Positions 29,370 through 46,498 of a stretch of 64,000 nt of DNA are shown here, piece after piece. Source of the DNA: the human T2T-CHM13v2.0 reference genome, Homo sapiens. Under the pieces are notes generated by a model. It saw only the letters and a program-made list of their open reading frames with translations, was not told the origin of the DNA and ran no database searches. The stretch is from assembly GCF_009914755.1 (NCBI RefSeq), contig NC_060945.1. The stretch is one strand, 5' to 3'. Within the stretch, counting starts at the first letter, position 1. The number at the start of each line of letters is the position of its first letter. The position numbers were made by a program, and so were the translations under genes.

Positions 29370-29650
29370 AGCAGCCTTATTGCCAGTAGCAGACAGAACA
29401 ACCTGGGGCCCTATAATCAGGAACAGTAGTCCCAGGTTATGTTCCTCAGTCTTCAATTTAGCCACCTCTCCATTCTTTGGATGTGATCCCTCTCTTTTCA
29501 CCCAATCAGTGATTATAACCATACTGAGAGGGATACATCCCTTGAAATTAAGTGCTTGACTGACTTCTGGAAATGCAGCTATCTAGAGATTCCTACTATG
29601 ACCTCATCTCCTAAAAGGGCCCTATGGATATTAATGCCAGTCTTACTCTG
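29370..29650 (-). mobile_element. Probable ERVL-class internal fragment (3' end of pol/dUTPase region)
   Basis: Minus-strand translation WVKREGSHPKNGEVA loosely resembles the ERVL pol C-terminal WV..P...EV motif. It shares ~77 bp with 30465-30542, which leads into an MLT2-like LTR start. Confidence 0.45.
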
Positions 29651-29737
29651 AAATCAGTTTTCCTTTTTATTTTTTAATGTTTCATTTATTGTAAAAAAAT
29701 GGAAACAACCATACTTCCACTTGCCAGCTTTACCAAA

Positions 29738-29962
29738 TCTCAATTTTATGAGAAATTCATGTCAAATTTTTAAAGAAATTAAATATGATAGATATATAAC
29801 TCTAATGCAATTGTATAGAACCCCACTTTCTAGAAGGGCATGTGGATTCTCAATCTCATGAGAAATTCATGTCAAATTTTCAAAGAAATTAAATATGATA
29901 GATACATAACTCTAATGCAATTGTATAGAACCCCACTTTCTAGAAGGGCGTGTTGATTCTCA
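29738..29962. repeat. 110-bp tandem duplication (2 copies, ~95% identical)
   Basis: ATGAGAAATTCATGTCAAATTTT at 29748 and 29858. Six mismatches counted over 110 bp, with TCTCA at each boundary. Confidence 0.97.
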
Positions 29963-30319
29963 TTGTTGCATGTCCTTAATTACGCTTGATATTGTTTATG
30001 GCTTAACATTTTGTAGCTTTGAAGAGATTGAAATGATTTTTTTTCTTTCAAAATTCCTCGCACTTTTTGAGGCTCAGTATTGCATATACTTTATTTTAGC
30101 ATTTGTATTAACTCTTCTGTAAATTGTCCAATTCATTTGTGTATCTTTCTATTGGCTTATTTTATTGCTACTGATTTGAAGTGTATTATTCTGTATATAT
30201 TTTCTAATTGGAAACTGACAATAATTTCTCCCAGTCTGTGATTTACTCATTTATATTGGCTTTCTTTTTCTTTTTGTTTTTCTAAATATTTTAATTTCAA
30301 TATAATCAAGACATTTAAT

Positions 30320-30542
30320 AAAATATCTGGTATACTGGGTCCCAGTTAAGTTGACATATAAAATTAAACATTGCAGATCTTTACTGTGATTAATGCAATA
30401 CCAGTCCCATATTAGGAATTTATTTCATGTCCAAAGGAAAAAGTAAATAAAGATAATAACTATTAGCAGCCATATTGACAATAGCAAATATGAGCCAACT
30501 GGGGCCCTATAAGCAGGAAGAGTAGTCTTAGGTTCTTTTCCT
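30320..30542 (-). mobile_element. ERVL internal 3' end plus first ~50 bp of an MLT2-type LTR
   Basis: CCAGTTAAGTTGACATATAAAATTAAACATTGCA is the reverse complement of the MLT2 start. The adjacent sequence matches 31360-31450 in inverted orientation. Confidence 0.6.
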
Positions 30543-31450
30543 TTATGGTTTATACTTTTGTAATCTGTCCAGAGAAATTTATTTGAATTTTGTGATAGTT
30601 TATTTTTTATCATAATTGTGGCTTAGTAGAACATTTTCTATTTCTTACTATTTTCGTGCTGTGATCATTTCTCTCTATTCATTTAAAATGACATTTCATA
30701 TGAATTGGTATTCTAATTTTGAGCTATTCTTACATTCCTGCGACATACCCGTCTTGATCATAATTTTTCAAATAGCTACAAAAAAACTATGCTTTAAAGT
30801 TATATTCAACATTGCTAATTTAATGCTTGTAAGATTAGTTTCCAGTTTACATTTTATATACTGTGATGCTCTTAGGTATTAAGGTTATGCAATTTAATTA
30901 ATAGCTTTACTTTTTTGTTGTTTATTGGTTAATTAGTAGCTTTATGTTTTTGTTGTTTATTGGCCCATCCACTCTTTCAAATAGTTTATTTAATTTGGGG
31001 ATCGTTTGCTCTGAGATAGTTTAAAATTCTTTTATAAAACTTATTTTACAAAATTGTTGGTCTTGGTATTTACTTTTTTATTGTATTTCAATGACTTCAA
31101 TGGTTATTTATTTAGTTTTCTATCTCTTCTTCACCCCAATTTGGCACATTAAATTTTGCTACAATTTATATATGCACATATTTGAATTTATAAGCAAATA
31201 GTTATGTACAGTGTTCTATTATATTATATTCATCTTTAATATTAAAAACTCTTTATGTGGTCAATTTTAAAAGCTCTGTTTATTAATTATATTTATCTGT
31301 TTTTATTACACTCCACTTTTGAAATATAAAGAAACTCTACATCTTAATTAAAATGGTTCTTATTATAATCAATGTTTACTTTTTCCTTTGAACATGTAAT
31401 AAGTTCCCAAAATGGCACAATCATTGCATTAATCACTACTAGTAGAGTCC

Positions 31451-31876
31451 TATGATTGTCAATAGTATCTGTTAACTTGACTGAGGCACAGGATGCCCAG
31501 ATAACTGCTTATACATTATTTCCAGGTGTGCTTGTGAGAGTATTTGCTGACTAGCATTTAAATTGGTAAACTGAATAAGGCAGATAATCCTCCCTAGTGT
31601 GAATGGCCAACATATAATCTGTTGAGGGCCTTAAACAAAAATGCAGAGGAATGTTGGATTTGCATTTTCTCTCTCTCTTCTCTCTTCTCTCTCTCTCTCT
31701 CTCAACTGAAATATTAATCTTACAGCTTACAGACAGCATATCATGCAACTTTTTTTGCCTCCATAACTGTGAATCCAATAGCTTATAATAAATCTATGTA
31801 TCTATGTATCTATCTATGTATCTATCTATCTATCTATCTATTTATAAGTGCTGTTTCTCTGGAGAACTCAAATACA
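31451..31876 (+). mobile_element. MLT2 (C/D-like) ERVL LTR, preceded by ~90 bp of internal sequence
   Basis: GTTAACTTGACTGAGGCACAGGATGCCCAGATA...TCTGTTGAGGGCC...TGTTTCTCTGGAGAAC..AATACA. Confidence 0.85.
31793..31840. repeat. (TCTA/TGTA)n tetranucleotide microsatellite inside the MLT2 LTR
   Basis: TCTATGTATCTATGTATCTATCTATGTATCTATCTATCTATCTATCTA. Confidence 0.9.
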
Positions 31877-33710
31877 AAGCCAATAGTGTTTTATGAAATA
31901 ATTATATGGAAAGATAATTGGAGTAAGCTTCAAAGTAAAATACTGGAGATGCTTTTTTATTCCAAATTATAATGATCTCAAGTATCTATGAGAAAGATTT
32001 ATTAGCTAGTGTAACTTGAAGGTACCTGAGTACGTCTGGCTTCAGTCAGCCTTTTCCAGAGGCTCATATGATGTTGTCAGAGCTCCAGCTCTGTATCTGA
32101 AATCTGATTATTTTTCATTTTCTTTCTGTTGTTATTGACCTGTCTTTAAATGCCAGCAAACATTCTCTATTTGCTAATATGTACCTGCTTGCATTCCAAG
32201 TATACAAATGATCACTGATACAAATAAGTCACTGATACACATACTGGGTTCAAAATAAACTTTTTAGAAAGATCCATAAGGATTTGTTTTTGGACAGATG
32301 TTAACAGTGAAACAAGGCTGTATCCAAAGAATTTTGGAACAAATTACCATAAAGTATCGATGGAGTGTTCTCTGATTCTCAACCATATCCATGTAGAACA
32401 ATTCTCAAAATAACAGAAATGGTTTGTGGGAAGATAAACATTTTGGAAAAACCAAGATTAAAATTGTCATGACATATAGAAAATATATAACAAGTTGAAT
32501 GATGTCATCTGCAAAAGGGACTCCACATCCACCTACATGTATAAAGAGGCTCTTGAGAGAAATCTTGAAGAATCATAGGAGTTACTCTGAGATTACAATT
32601 TATATATTGTATTTTTTGTTGGAGAAGGGATCAACACCTATGTCTGTGTGCTCATTCCTACTGTGATGAAGTTTCAAAGGGAATAGTTTCTGCAAATGTA
32701 AGGACTATAGGACAGCATGACATATTAACAAATATATATCTATTATAGCATATTAAAACTGAAACACTCAAGTTTTTGCAAGAACTTTAAGAGAAACATG
32801 TATTTTATGTCATAAAGTAAAATTTGCCAATACCACAATAGAGAGTAATGAAAGTAAAATTATTCAACAACAAGAAATTATTCCTCTTTTTTAGATTTAG
32901 ACAACAAGATGTAATCCTTCCTTTTAAGCAAAGTAGTGTGTTCTTATAAGTACATATAACTAAAATATTGGCCTTACCTCTGTTTTCTTTTTCTTTACCT
33001 TTATTTTCTTTAGTCATATAAACCTTGAAAATATTTGTTTCAAATATTCACAAACTATAGCCAAGGAATATCGAAGTTTGCTTGCATATAAACACTTTTA
33101 GCACATGTTTATGAATTATTAAATATCAGAATAAAATTTGAAAACTTTTAAAAGTTACTTGATCAAAAATTATTGAATTCAAGTTGAAATGACACATATT
33201 ATGAATGATACTAAGTACTGGTGTTATTTTACTCTATTTTCCATAATAGTGAAAGCTACATAGGGATAAGCAAAAAAGTATATTCCGTTATATGTTTAAT
33301 TATGTCTAACTAAGGACATCAGTTGATATATACTGAAAATTTACACCAGTTGATCTATCCCATTGATGTATTATAGTATAAATCATAAAATTAGACAAAG
33401 ATATCTAAAGAGTACATAATCTCTTTAAAAATTTCTTATTTCTTAATTACATTTTCTCCATATGTATTCAAACATCACACTGAGTTGGCTGATAATTTAG
33501 CTTTACAATTATGGGTTTTAAAATGACATAGAGTTTGCACTGCAATTCCAAGTGGATGAAGAGAAAATGGGAAATAAATGAATGCTTGCATTTTTAGGCC
33601 ATCATGGTAATTCTATTTAAATTGCCATACAAAGAACAGAAGTTAAACTTTTCCTAAAATTTGGGTTGGAGATGTTAAGTATTATTTGGAAAATAAATTA
33701 CACAAAACCA

Positions 33711-33778
33711 TCTCTTTCTCTCTTTCTCTCTCTCACACACACACACGTACACACACAGATGCACATACACACACACAA
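33711..33778. repeat. Compound (TC)n(CA)n microsatellite
   Basis: TCTCTTTCTCTCTTTCTCTCTCTCACACACACACACGTACACACAC... Confidence 0.9.
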
Positions 33779-33840
33779 ACTCCCTGTCCCCAGAATCTAT
33801 TTGTTATAACAGCACATATAATATAAAGCAATGTAGTTCA

Positions 33841-34314
33841 GAATAGAATTTCATTTCATTATATTAAGTGAAATAAAAAGAGACACAGAAAGACACACAA
33901 AACAAATATTGCATGTTCTCACTCATCCGTGGGAGCTAAAAGGGTTATCTCACGGAACTAGAAAGTGGAATGATTGACACTTAAGGCTTAGAAGTGTGTA
34001 GTGGTGAGAGTGGAGGGTGAAGAGAGGTTGGTCAATGTGTTCAAACATACAGTTAGATAGAAGGTATAAATCCTAATGTGTGATAGCAATAATAGGGCAA
34101 ATATAGCTAGCAACAATGTATTACACATTTCAAAGTAGCTAGAAAAAATAACTTGAAATATTCCCAACACATGGAAATGAGAAATACTCGAGGTGATGAT
34201 TACTCCAAATACCCCAACTTAATTATTACACATTCTATGCATGTAACAAAATGCCACAGGTACCCAACAAATATGTCATATATTATGTATCAATTTAAAA
34301 AAGAATAAAAAACA
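33841..34314 (+). mobile_element. L1MA (about MA4-6) 5'-truncated 3' end
   Basis: TTAAGTGAAATAA...GCATGTTCTCACTCAT...CAGTTAGATAGAAGG...TATTATGTATCAATTTAAAA. Candidate TSD AATGTAGTTCA at 33830-33840 and 34315-34325. Confidence 0.88.
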
Positions 34315-36663
34315 AATGTAGTTCACATTGTACTGTAATTTTTTGTTACTTCAATTTGCAATGTTGTTTTCTGAATAGTTTATGTCTTTCTCACGTATTT
34401 CAATTCTTTTCTATTGAAATAGCGAAGACAGTTATAAGTTGATAACTTTATATCTTATCTCAGAGTGTGTATGATGAGTTCAGCATTCATTCATGAAAAT
34501 GAGCATTCCTAGTTCTCTCAAACATCAAAAAACAGTAGAAAACTAAATTCTTTTTGCATCTAATTTCTTACTAGTTCTTCTATTTACCTGTTTTTTTAGT
34601 CTAATTTCTATTTACTACAGGTGTCAAGAAGTCACAGTTTTTAGAATTTTATGATTAAAGTGAAATGTGCTATGGAATTATTTAAACTACAGCCTGAAAA
34701 TGTTTTGCTTTCTTGTGCTTCTACTTGTAATTGATGTAAATATTTCAGAATAGCTGTTTCTGTTCCTCTGCAGAGGTTACTTTCTATAGGTAGAAGAGGC
34801 AGTGGAATAAGGATACTTATAGAGACTTCATTATGCTTTATTTCTACGTCCAGCCAAGCAAATCCTCATTCAAACTTCTTTGAAGCCTGTATTCTCTTCC
34901 TTAATATTGGAGAAAGACACAGTATAATAAACTTTCTGAAAACCCAAGTTATGAGGCTCCATTAAGGCAATGAATGATAAAATTAAAAATCTCTGGCTAA
35001 TGCAAGATGGTACACGTTCTCATATACTAAATGCCCATCTAATTAAAAAATAACTGATTGCTAAACTATGAGTTATTGAGAATGAGTTCAAATATGAGAG
35101 ATCACAAAGGATTTCCAAAGTAAATAAAATTCAAAAAAAGGCATTGTTAAAGGAGTAAAATTTTGCAGATGAAGATCAGCCAAGATGGATTAACCAGGTT
35201 GAGAAACACATCGGCAAACTCCAAAAGGTAGATGGGAATATGATAAACAGAGGACAGCAAGACCTCTTCCTGGAAAAACTGGACTGTCCAATTTTGTAGG
35301 AATATTAGAAATCAAGGGCTGTTATGAGAAGTGTAGCTACTTTATGAATGATGATGAGTGGCCTTTGCACAAAATCAGTTACTATTTACAGTTTTCTCTT
35401 TTTAAAAAAACATGAGTTATTCCTATGGGATAAATAATCTTCCGTTACCTTCATATACCCAGCAAAAGCACAGTGTCTGAAGAAAAGAAGTAGCCAGTAA
35501 AAAAGCATAATGTGAGTAAATGAAGAAATGAATACAGGAATAAATAAAGAGGTGAATAAATGCACGAAATAAAGTATTTTAGAATACTTATTCTGGCAGC
35601 AGTAAAACATTTTAAATAATTTTGAAAAGTGCCTAAAGATTTGAAAAGAATATGTAAATTTAAATCGTCCTTGAATATTACACATATATAAATCAGTATC
35701 ACAAGTTCATAAAATCCATAAGAGATGCATCGCTATCATTTCTCAAATTTTAAGGTTTATAGCAGGTATATCAGAGTTCTAAGTTTATGTTAGCATTTGG
35801 CTTTCTATTGGCATCAGCATTCTAATTTTTTTAAAGTACCATTCTGAATAGATGTTTAAAATATTGACGATAATTATCAATATCATTTCTGATATTTTAA
35901 AACACCATGTTGTATAAAATCATAATGAGATGGAATGTTATACTGGACTATGAATACAATAGCACTGGGAATGATGTCATTACTAAAGACTGCTTTTTAC
36001 TTTTTATCATCCCTAAGGGAAGAAATAAAAACTGCATTTAGATTGCTTTATTTAAATCATATTAGAATATAATTATAATTTTAAAACATTGGATATGTTT
36101 TTTAAAAATTACAGAAAAGTAGAAGAAAATAATCAGTTCCTTTGTTGAACACAGTATCTATGTGAAATTAAACAAACATATAAAGTTGTGTATTCTTTCT
36201 TCAACAAGCAAAGAAAGTGGGAGAAGCTTCAAATGATGAAGACACAGAAAACAATTGATGCTGGAATTTTCTATCATTGTGTATGTTGTTTTTGTGGCTT
36301 TTTATACCAAATCATTATAAAATGAGTCAAGCATTATATACTCTACTGATTCTTCATGAGTAAGAATATACAAATAAAATTGATAGTAAAATAACTAAAT
36401 TATAACAACTTATACTTTATACATATATTTAAAAGCCATGATTATGGAAATGGTGATACATATGAACAAATTAGTCACCTCCTGAAATTTGTGTGCATTC
36501 AATGTTTATTATAATTTTTTTCTATCTTGAACAAATAAAAATTAATCCAAATATTTTCAAAAAGTGATTACAGGATTTGACTGGTGTTCATGTGAAATTT
36601 CAGAACACCTGTATATCATATGTAGGCCTTATCAAATTGAAGATATCTGTATAGACTTGTGGA

Positions 36664-36689
36664 TACACACACACACACACACACACACA
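36664..36689. repeat. (CA)n microsatellite
   Basis: About 12 uninterrupted CA units. Confidence 0.95.
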
Positions 36690-36719
36690 TATGGTTTTAA
36701 ATTTGTGTTTTCCTACATA

Positions 36720-37685
<966 letters not shown>

Positions 37686-37979
37686 TAGTCCCATAAGATT
37701 ATAATGGAGCATATGGAGAAAACTGATACATGGAACTTGCTATTAGCATTGCAGATCAAGTTAGGGACAATAATTGATATTAAGTAATGGTGCTTGGACA
37801 TTTAGTTTTTCATCTGAAAATATACATACATAAACTCAAATACATATACATTTTATATATAAAAATATATATTATCTAGTTTTCTGTAAGTATACTCTAT
37901 GACGTTTGCACAATAACGAAATCGCCTCATAATGCACTTCTCAGAATACAATCATGTCGATAAGCAATGAATGGCTGCA
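37686..37979. mobile_element. Tigger3-derived fragment
   Basis: GTCCCATAAGATTATAATGGAGC...CTCTATGACGTTTGCACAATAACGAAATCGCCTCATAATGCACTTCTCAGAA. Confidence 0.75.
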
Positions 37980-40027
37980 TTTTATTTTAACATAAATGCA
38001 TGGACATAATACAAAAGAAGTGTTACATAGGCTTTATGTCACCTTTATCCCCAGTGACACTGCCCAGAGGCAACAAGTTTTAACTTCCCTATTTTCTTGG
38101 TTCATCTGCAGATCACTCGCATTGTTTTACATATAGATACACATATATATATATACATAAATTTATTTTATATATAATGGTATTATATTATATATATGTG
38201 TGTGTGTATAGGCATATGTACATATATTCCACTTATTGGTACTTTAACTTTGGACAGTTTCAATTAACTTGAAAAAAGAGAATTAACTATTATGAAAAAT
38301 GAACAGTAAATGAACTATAAATAAACCCTATTTCTCTTTCTCAGTATTATCCCTAAGATTTTTCTCGATTCCACTATTTATTGCTTTAATCTTTTGTATA
38401 ATATATTTATACCCATTTCTCTTAGTTAATTAACTGCACAGCAGTACATGTTGGCTAAGTAAGATGAGCACATTTTAATTCGTAACCTTTTCTCCATCTC
38501 TGGTATGTTTCTCTAACTTTCAAATCCTTCTAGTTGTTTTGTTTTGGTTTTGCTTTTACCTTGACAAGCTGTATAACTTTTATGTATTAAACAAATCTTG
38601 TCCCCATGCTGTATTTATATTTTACGTTGAGACAAGAAAACAGAAATAACGTAAAATTAGTATTCATTACAGAAATGACTAGTGTACTTGGATCTGTAGA
38701 AAATAAACATATTATAATATAATCATTTTTATTCAAATATGTTCTCATATATAAATTAGGATCATTTCTAAATTTGAAGAACAGATCTTCCTGTCACATT
38801 GTTGCATTCCATATATTTCAAAATCAGTCCATATCTTTGTTTGCGTTACATTTGCACCATGATTTTTTAACATATTTTTTCCTGAAATTTCTATTTTTTC
38901 TTTCCTGTTGACAGAAGAATCATATGCCCTTACTATATTGCTAACATCCAGTTTCTTAACATCACATTAGCGATGCACAGCAACTAATAATCTATTCTTA
39001 AGGAAAGAGGGCTAATATGCTAACTCCATGGTTTTGGCAACTTGAGCCCCTTTTGTATTACTTCTCTTCTATAGTCTTAGTTAGGCTTGCATCTTGCAGT
39101 CTAATATAGTTAGTTGTACCAGCTACTATAATATCCACATTCTAGTTGTTGGAGATGGGTGTGGGAGAAGAGGGTAGGAGCCTTACCTTTCAAGTATGCC
39201 ACAAGGAAGTTGCATATATAATATAGCTTCAATAATTTCAGTGTTAACTTATTTGTTTAAACAACAGACATTATTTATATGAACACAACTTGTTGCAAAA
39301 AAGCCAATAAATATAGTTATTTGCTTATTATGTGCTAGAAGTAAAATATTATTATGAGAGAAACAAAGAAGAAACTAAGAGGAGTAATAGCAATGTCTGA
39401 GAAACATTCTATTAATCACATACAGCAATAACAATGCACCGATTCTTTTCTTCAACATGGTTTTCTCCAATCTGGGACTCCTTGTTCTTACTTAGAGCCA
39501 TGTTTCTCAAGGCTTTCCTTTCCTTATATTCCTGAATCATAAATCTCTTTCTTGAATTTGATTTTTATTTTATAGAACACATTCTTTTCTCTCTCATTTT
39601 TTGGCCTCAAAATGAATTGGTTATATTTGAAAATATCTTCCTTTTGCTCTCATGTTTTGAATAATTGCTGAGAATGCATGGATTTTGGTTAAATATCATG
39701 TTTTCACAAACATTTTTCCAAAAAATGGTGTTGCTGATGAAAAATATGGTAGAATTTCTGAGTTTTGTCCCTTGTAGACGAAATGTTACTCTAAAAATTT
39801 TTTAACTTTGTGTTCTAAATTTTCTGAAAAAGATGTATCAAAAATGCCATCCATTTTTTTATGAATCATGCTGTTTAAAATTCAGTAAGATCTTTCAATC
39901 TGAAGTTTTGGGATTTTTCCTTCACTCTGCAAACTTTTTATTGTTTTTTTGATTATTTCTTCCATGTCCCTCTTTCTCTCTTTTTCTGTAATATTTATTT
40001 AGACAAATTGCAAACTTCATAGATATT

Positions 40028-42765
<2,738 letters not shown>

Positions 42766-44046
42766 GTATTCCACTGTGAAACTTTTTTTTCAAATGCTGT
42801 AAATTCCCCCCAACTCTTTGTTTCTAGAGTTTTACATCAAGCTTTTTAACTTGATATCTCATGGTAATAATACTATCTTAACTTCCAAAAATACCCTCAT
42901 ATTCTCTGATTACTTTTTTCTCAGAGTAACCTATTATTTGATAGATATTACCTTTTCGTGAATTTTTCTAAAATACTAATTAGAATTATCTAACTTGTAT
43001 TATGTCCCTGGATTATTTTAGGCTCTTCTAATGTTAGTTATCTTTTTGGTTGTTAAATTTCCTCATAGGCATACATTTCTTATTTGTGTTTTTATATTTT
43101 AAAATACGAAAACAATGGCTTGGTTGCCATAGAGGCTTGATTGGAATTGCTATTCCTTGTGAAACTCTGTTTCGGCATTTGGCCTCTTCCTTAAATGTAA
43201 GGCTCGAACTTGACTTCTGTGAAATATACTAACCTATTGGTTTTACTTCATGATATTTGGGCTGGGAGCACAGATTTATGCTTTCTCCACTGTCCGTCCT
43301 GTCTTCTCAAAATAAACGTGGCTTAATTCTAAACTGTCAATACCCACACTAGGAGTTCAATCTTACTTGGGGTCTTTAGACTGGATACACCTGCTTTAAC
43401 CTGTACACTCATGTCATTAGTGCCACTTTTTCTATTAAAATTCAGAAATTTAACTAGTCCATTCCCACTTACTGGACCTGCTGACTTCAATCATTTCCAG
43501 GGCTCAACAGGGAGGAAACAATTCTACCTCCACTGACTTGCCAAATTCCGGGTTCCTGATGGGGCTAACTAATGCTGTAATGTATCACTCACTCAATATG
43601 AGCCCAGTTGCCTTAGACCTTTAAAAAATAAGCTTTGCTCATTGTTGTCCCATTCTTCATACAAGTCTAAGAACTACTTTTGATTATTTTTGTATGCCTT
43701 AGATTTTAAGAAGGGAGGTAAATAAATATATGCTTTTAGTATTCCATGTTGAACAGTAGTGTAGGAGGTATTTTAAACTTTTGTAGATCTTAAATAATGG
43801 CATAGAAAGAAAAAGAGCATTTTTCAATATTAAAATGAGAATACAATCAATAACACTGGAAGCAGATGCTTCAAATTGTCCTTGAAACATAGTGGCATAC
43901 AATTCTTTTGGGAAGAAAATTATTTATCCAATAGGATTTTTTTCAAAAATATTTATATTGTTTAACTATCCAAAATAAAAATTTCATTAAAGCTTTGGAG
44001 GTAAATACAATTAAAATCCGAGTCATTTATTTGATTTAAGTGATTA

Positions 44047-44362
44047 CAGTCATCCTTTGATATCCATAGGGGATTGGTTTCAGGATCCCTATGGGTACCT
44101 AATCCAGGGATGCTCAAGTTCCTAATATAAAATGGTGTAGTATTTGCATGTAACTTACACATATCCTCCCATATACTTTAAATCATCTTTAGATTGCTTG
44201 TAAAACCTAATAAAATGTAAAGGCTATGTATAAGGTTGTTATATTGTAGTTTTAAAATTTATATCATTTCTTACTGTAATATTATTAATTTTTTTGAGTA
44301 TTTTTGATCCACAGTTGGTTGAATCCATGGATGTGGGACCCACTGATTGGGAGAGCCAAATG
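44047..44362. mobile_element. MER2/MER2B (TcMar-Tigger), opposite orientation to the copy at 37030
   Basis: TA|CAGTCATCC...GGATGCTCAAGTTCCTAATATAAAATGG...GGTTGAATCCATGGATG...ATG|TA, with TA target sites. Confidence 0.88.
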
Positions 44363-44539
44363 TAAACATTTTACTAGAAGTAAATATGAGTATTCTAAAT
44401 TTTTAAAAGCTTAAAGCTCTCAAAATAATCACATCTGTCAAATGAGTAACAGCACACATTGCTATGCAAAGCCTCAAGTCAATCACATATACGTAGCAGG
44501 TGATGGCTTACTTTAGTATGAAATGAACAAAGTTTGAAG

Positions 44540-44748
44540 AGCTATGGAATTGCAAAAACATGAAGTTAGATTGAGGTCTTATCTTAAATAGCTGTGTGAA
44601 CTTTAACTTGTCACTTAAACTCTAAATTTCTGTTTCTTCATCTGAAAAGTGGAATACATAAGGTTTTCTTGAAGAATTTTTAAGAGGATGACAATAAATT
44701 TTACATGTACTTCATTACTTACAGATGATAGATACTAAGTAATGTTAA
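44540..44748 (+). mobile_element. MIR SINE
   Basis: TAGCTGTGTGAACTT...TCACTTAAACTCT...TGTTTCTTCATCTGAAAAGTGG core. Confidence 0.7.
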
Positions 44749-45671
44749 AAACACACTTGCAATGCCAAAAGAAGTTACGTTATTTTTATAATTTATGTTA
44801 TATATAATATATCTAAAATTTATCTAATAAAATAGAGGACATTTACATAAAAGTATTTATAAACTGACACAAATACAAAAATCGCAGAAAATCATTTAAA
44901 AAATTAAGAAAGAATTGGTTCTCTCTGATAACACATGCAGTAAGTTTAAAGGAAAGACCAACAAGAAAATCTCATCTGAGATCTTAAATGGGGTATTTAT
45001 TATTTAAATGACTTTTCTAATTTCTTATGGTTGATATTCAGCCTTACAGTATCAAATACATGATTTTGTCAACACTGAGAATTAATTATTTTCATAGAGG
45101 AAAACTCATAAAATCAAAGCTTATAACAAATTGTAAGAAATCTAATACTAAGCTTGAATGCCAATATATTAATTTACAGTAATAATAATTGCTAGACATA
45201 TTAAAAGCCTATTGAAATTTATAAGGGACAGTCTTTCAAGGTAATTTAAAAAATGAAGAAAATCATTATTAGACAATTACATCACTTCCAAAGAGAAATC
45301 AGTCTCAATGACTAGCTGGTATACCCAAAGATTTCAACATCTCCATCAGTCTCCACATTAGGTATAATTTTGTATATGGATCTTGAAGATTCAAATATTC
45401 ATATTACTAAGGTTTTGTCCTACATATGAAAATACTTGGATCAACATCACATATTTGTCTATGTAAATTCTATGTAAAATTCTACTTAATTTTTTAAAGA
45501 ATGGGATAAAACTCCATTTTGATGGAAATTTTGTTTTTCAAGTCATATTAGTAACAAATAAGAATATTACTGAACACGTGTCATGATGAGCACTATAAAC
45601 TGAATATCACTTTAAGAGATATTTACATATCTCTATTCTGATATATTAAGGGTATGAAAAAAGATAATTTA

Positions 45672-45790
45672 TTAATTTACTCAGTAGTTATTTACTGAGT
45701 ACCTGTCATGCACCATACCAGATGTTCCAATTATAGTGGTAGACAAGATGGATAGAATCCCTGATTCCATTATGCTTACAAACTGATGAC
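45672..45790 (-). mobile_element. L2 3' end fragment
   Basis: TATTTACTGAGTACCTGTCATGCACCA...AGACAAGA...ATCCCTG. Confidence 0.6.
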
Positions 45791-45935
45791 TATATGTCAA
45801 TTCAGAATAGCATTTCTCAGTAGTGTGGAAATCTGGTAAATAGGGACAGTAAAGAGAAAACAAATGAGCATAACACTAAGAATTCTCATGTTGAACTGTC
45901 ACTACTGCATAGTGTGTGGATCCTCATTCACACTA

Positions 45936-46241
<306 letters not shown>

Positions 46242-46498
46242 CACACTATTCTGACTAAAGCTACACTTTTACTGAAAGGTGCAGATGTCTGGGAAACGTG
46301 CATCTCTCCAACACTTATGACTATTTGACATGTCTCAAGTATTTTATAAAGTGGTTTATACGTGCTTGTCTTTTCCTTTTTACAACATATCACATTCTGC
46401 ATTTCAAATATGCACATAATGAAGCAGGATCAGAAAGAGAAAGTAACTTGCCTAATGTCACATAGCTCTTTAACTGTGAAGCCAAAAGTTTATCTCAG

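Larger units (their letters stand above)
29660..31350 (-). mobile_element. Decayed old L1M, interrupted at about 30310-30535
   Basis: Antisense L1 ORF2-like motifs (TTTCTCCCAGTCTGTG, TTTTAATTTCAATATAATC | TCTTTTCCTTTATGG, TAGTTTTCTATCTCTTCTT). Confidence 0.55.

Noticed and set aside
38130-38230. TA-rich quasi-palindromic tract
   Set aside because: Degenerate (TA)n/(TG)n simple repeat, too short and interrupted to argue for a cruciform element.
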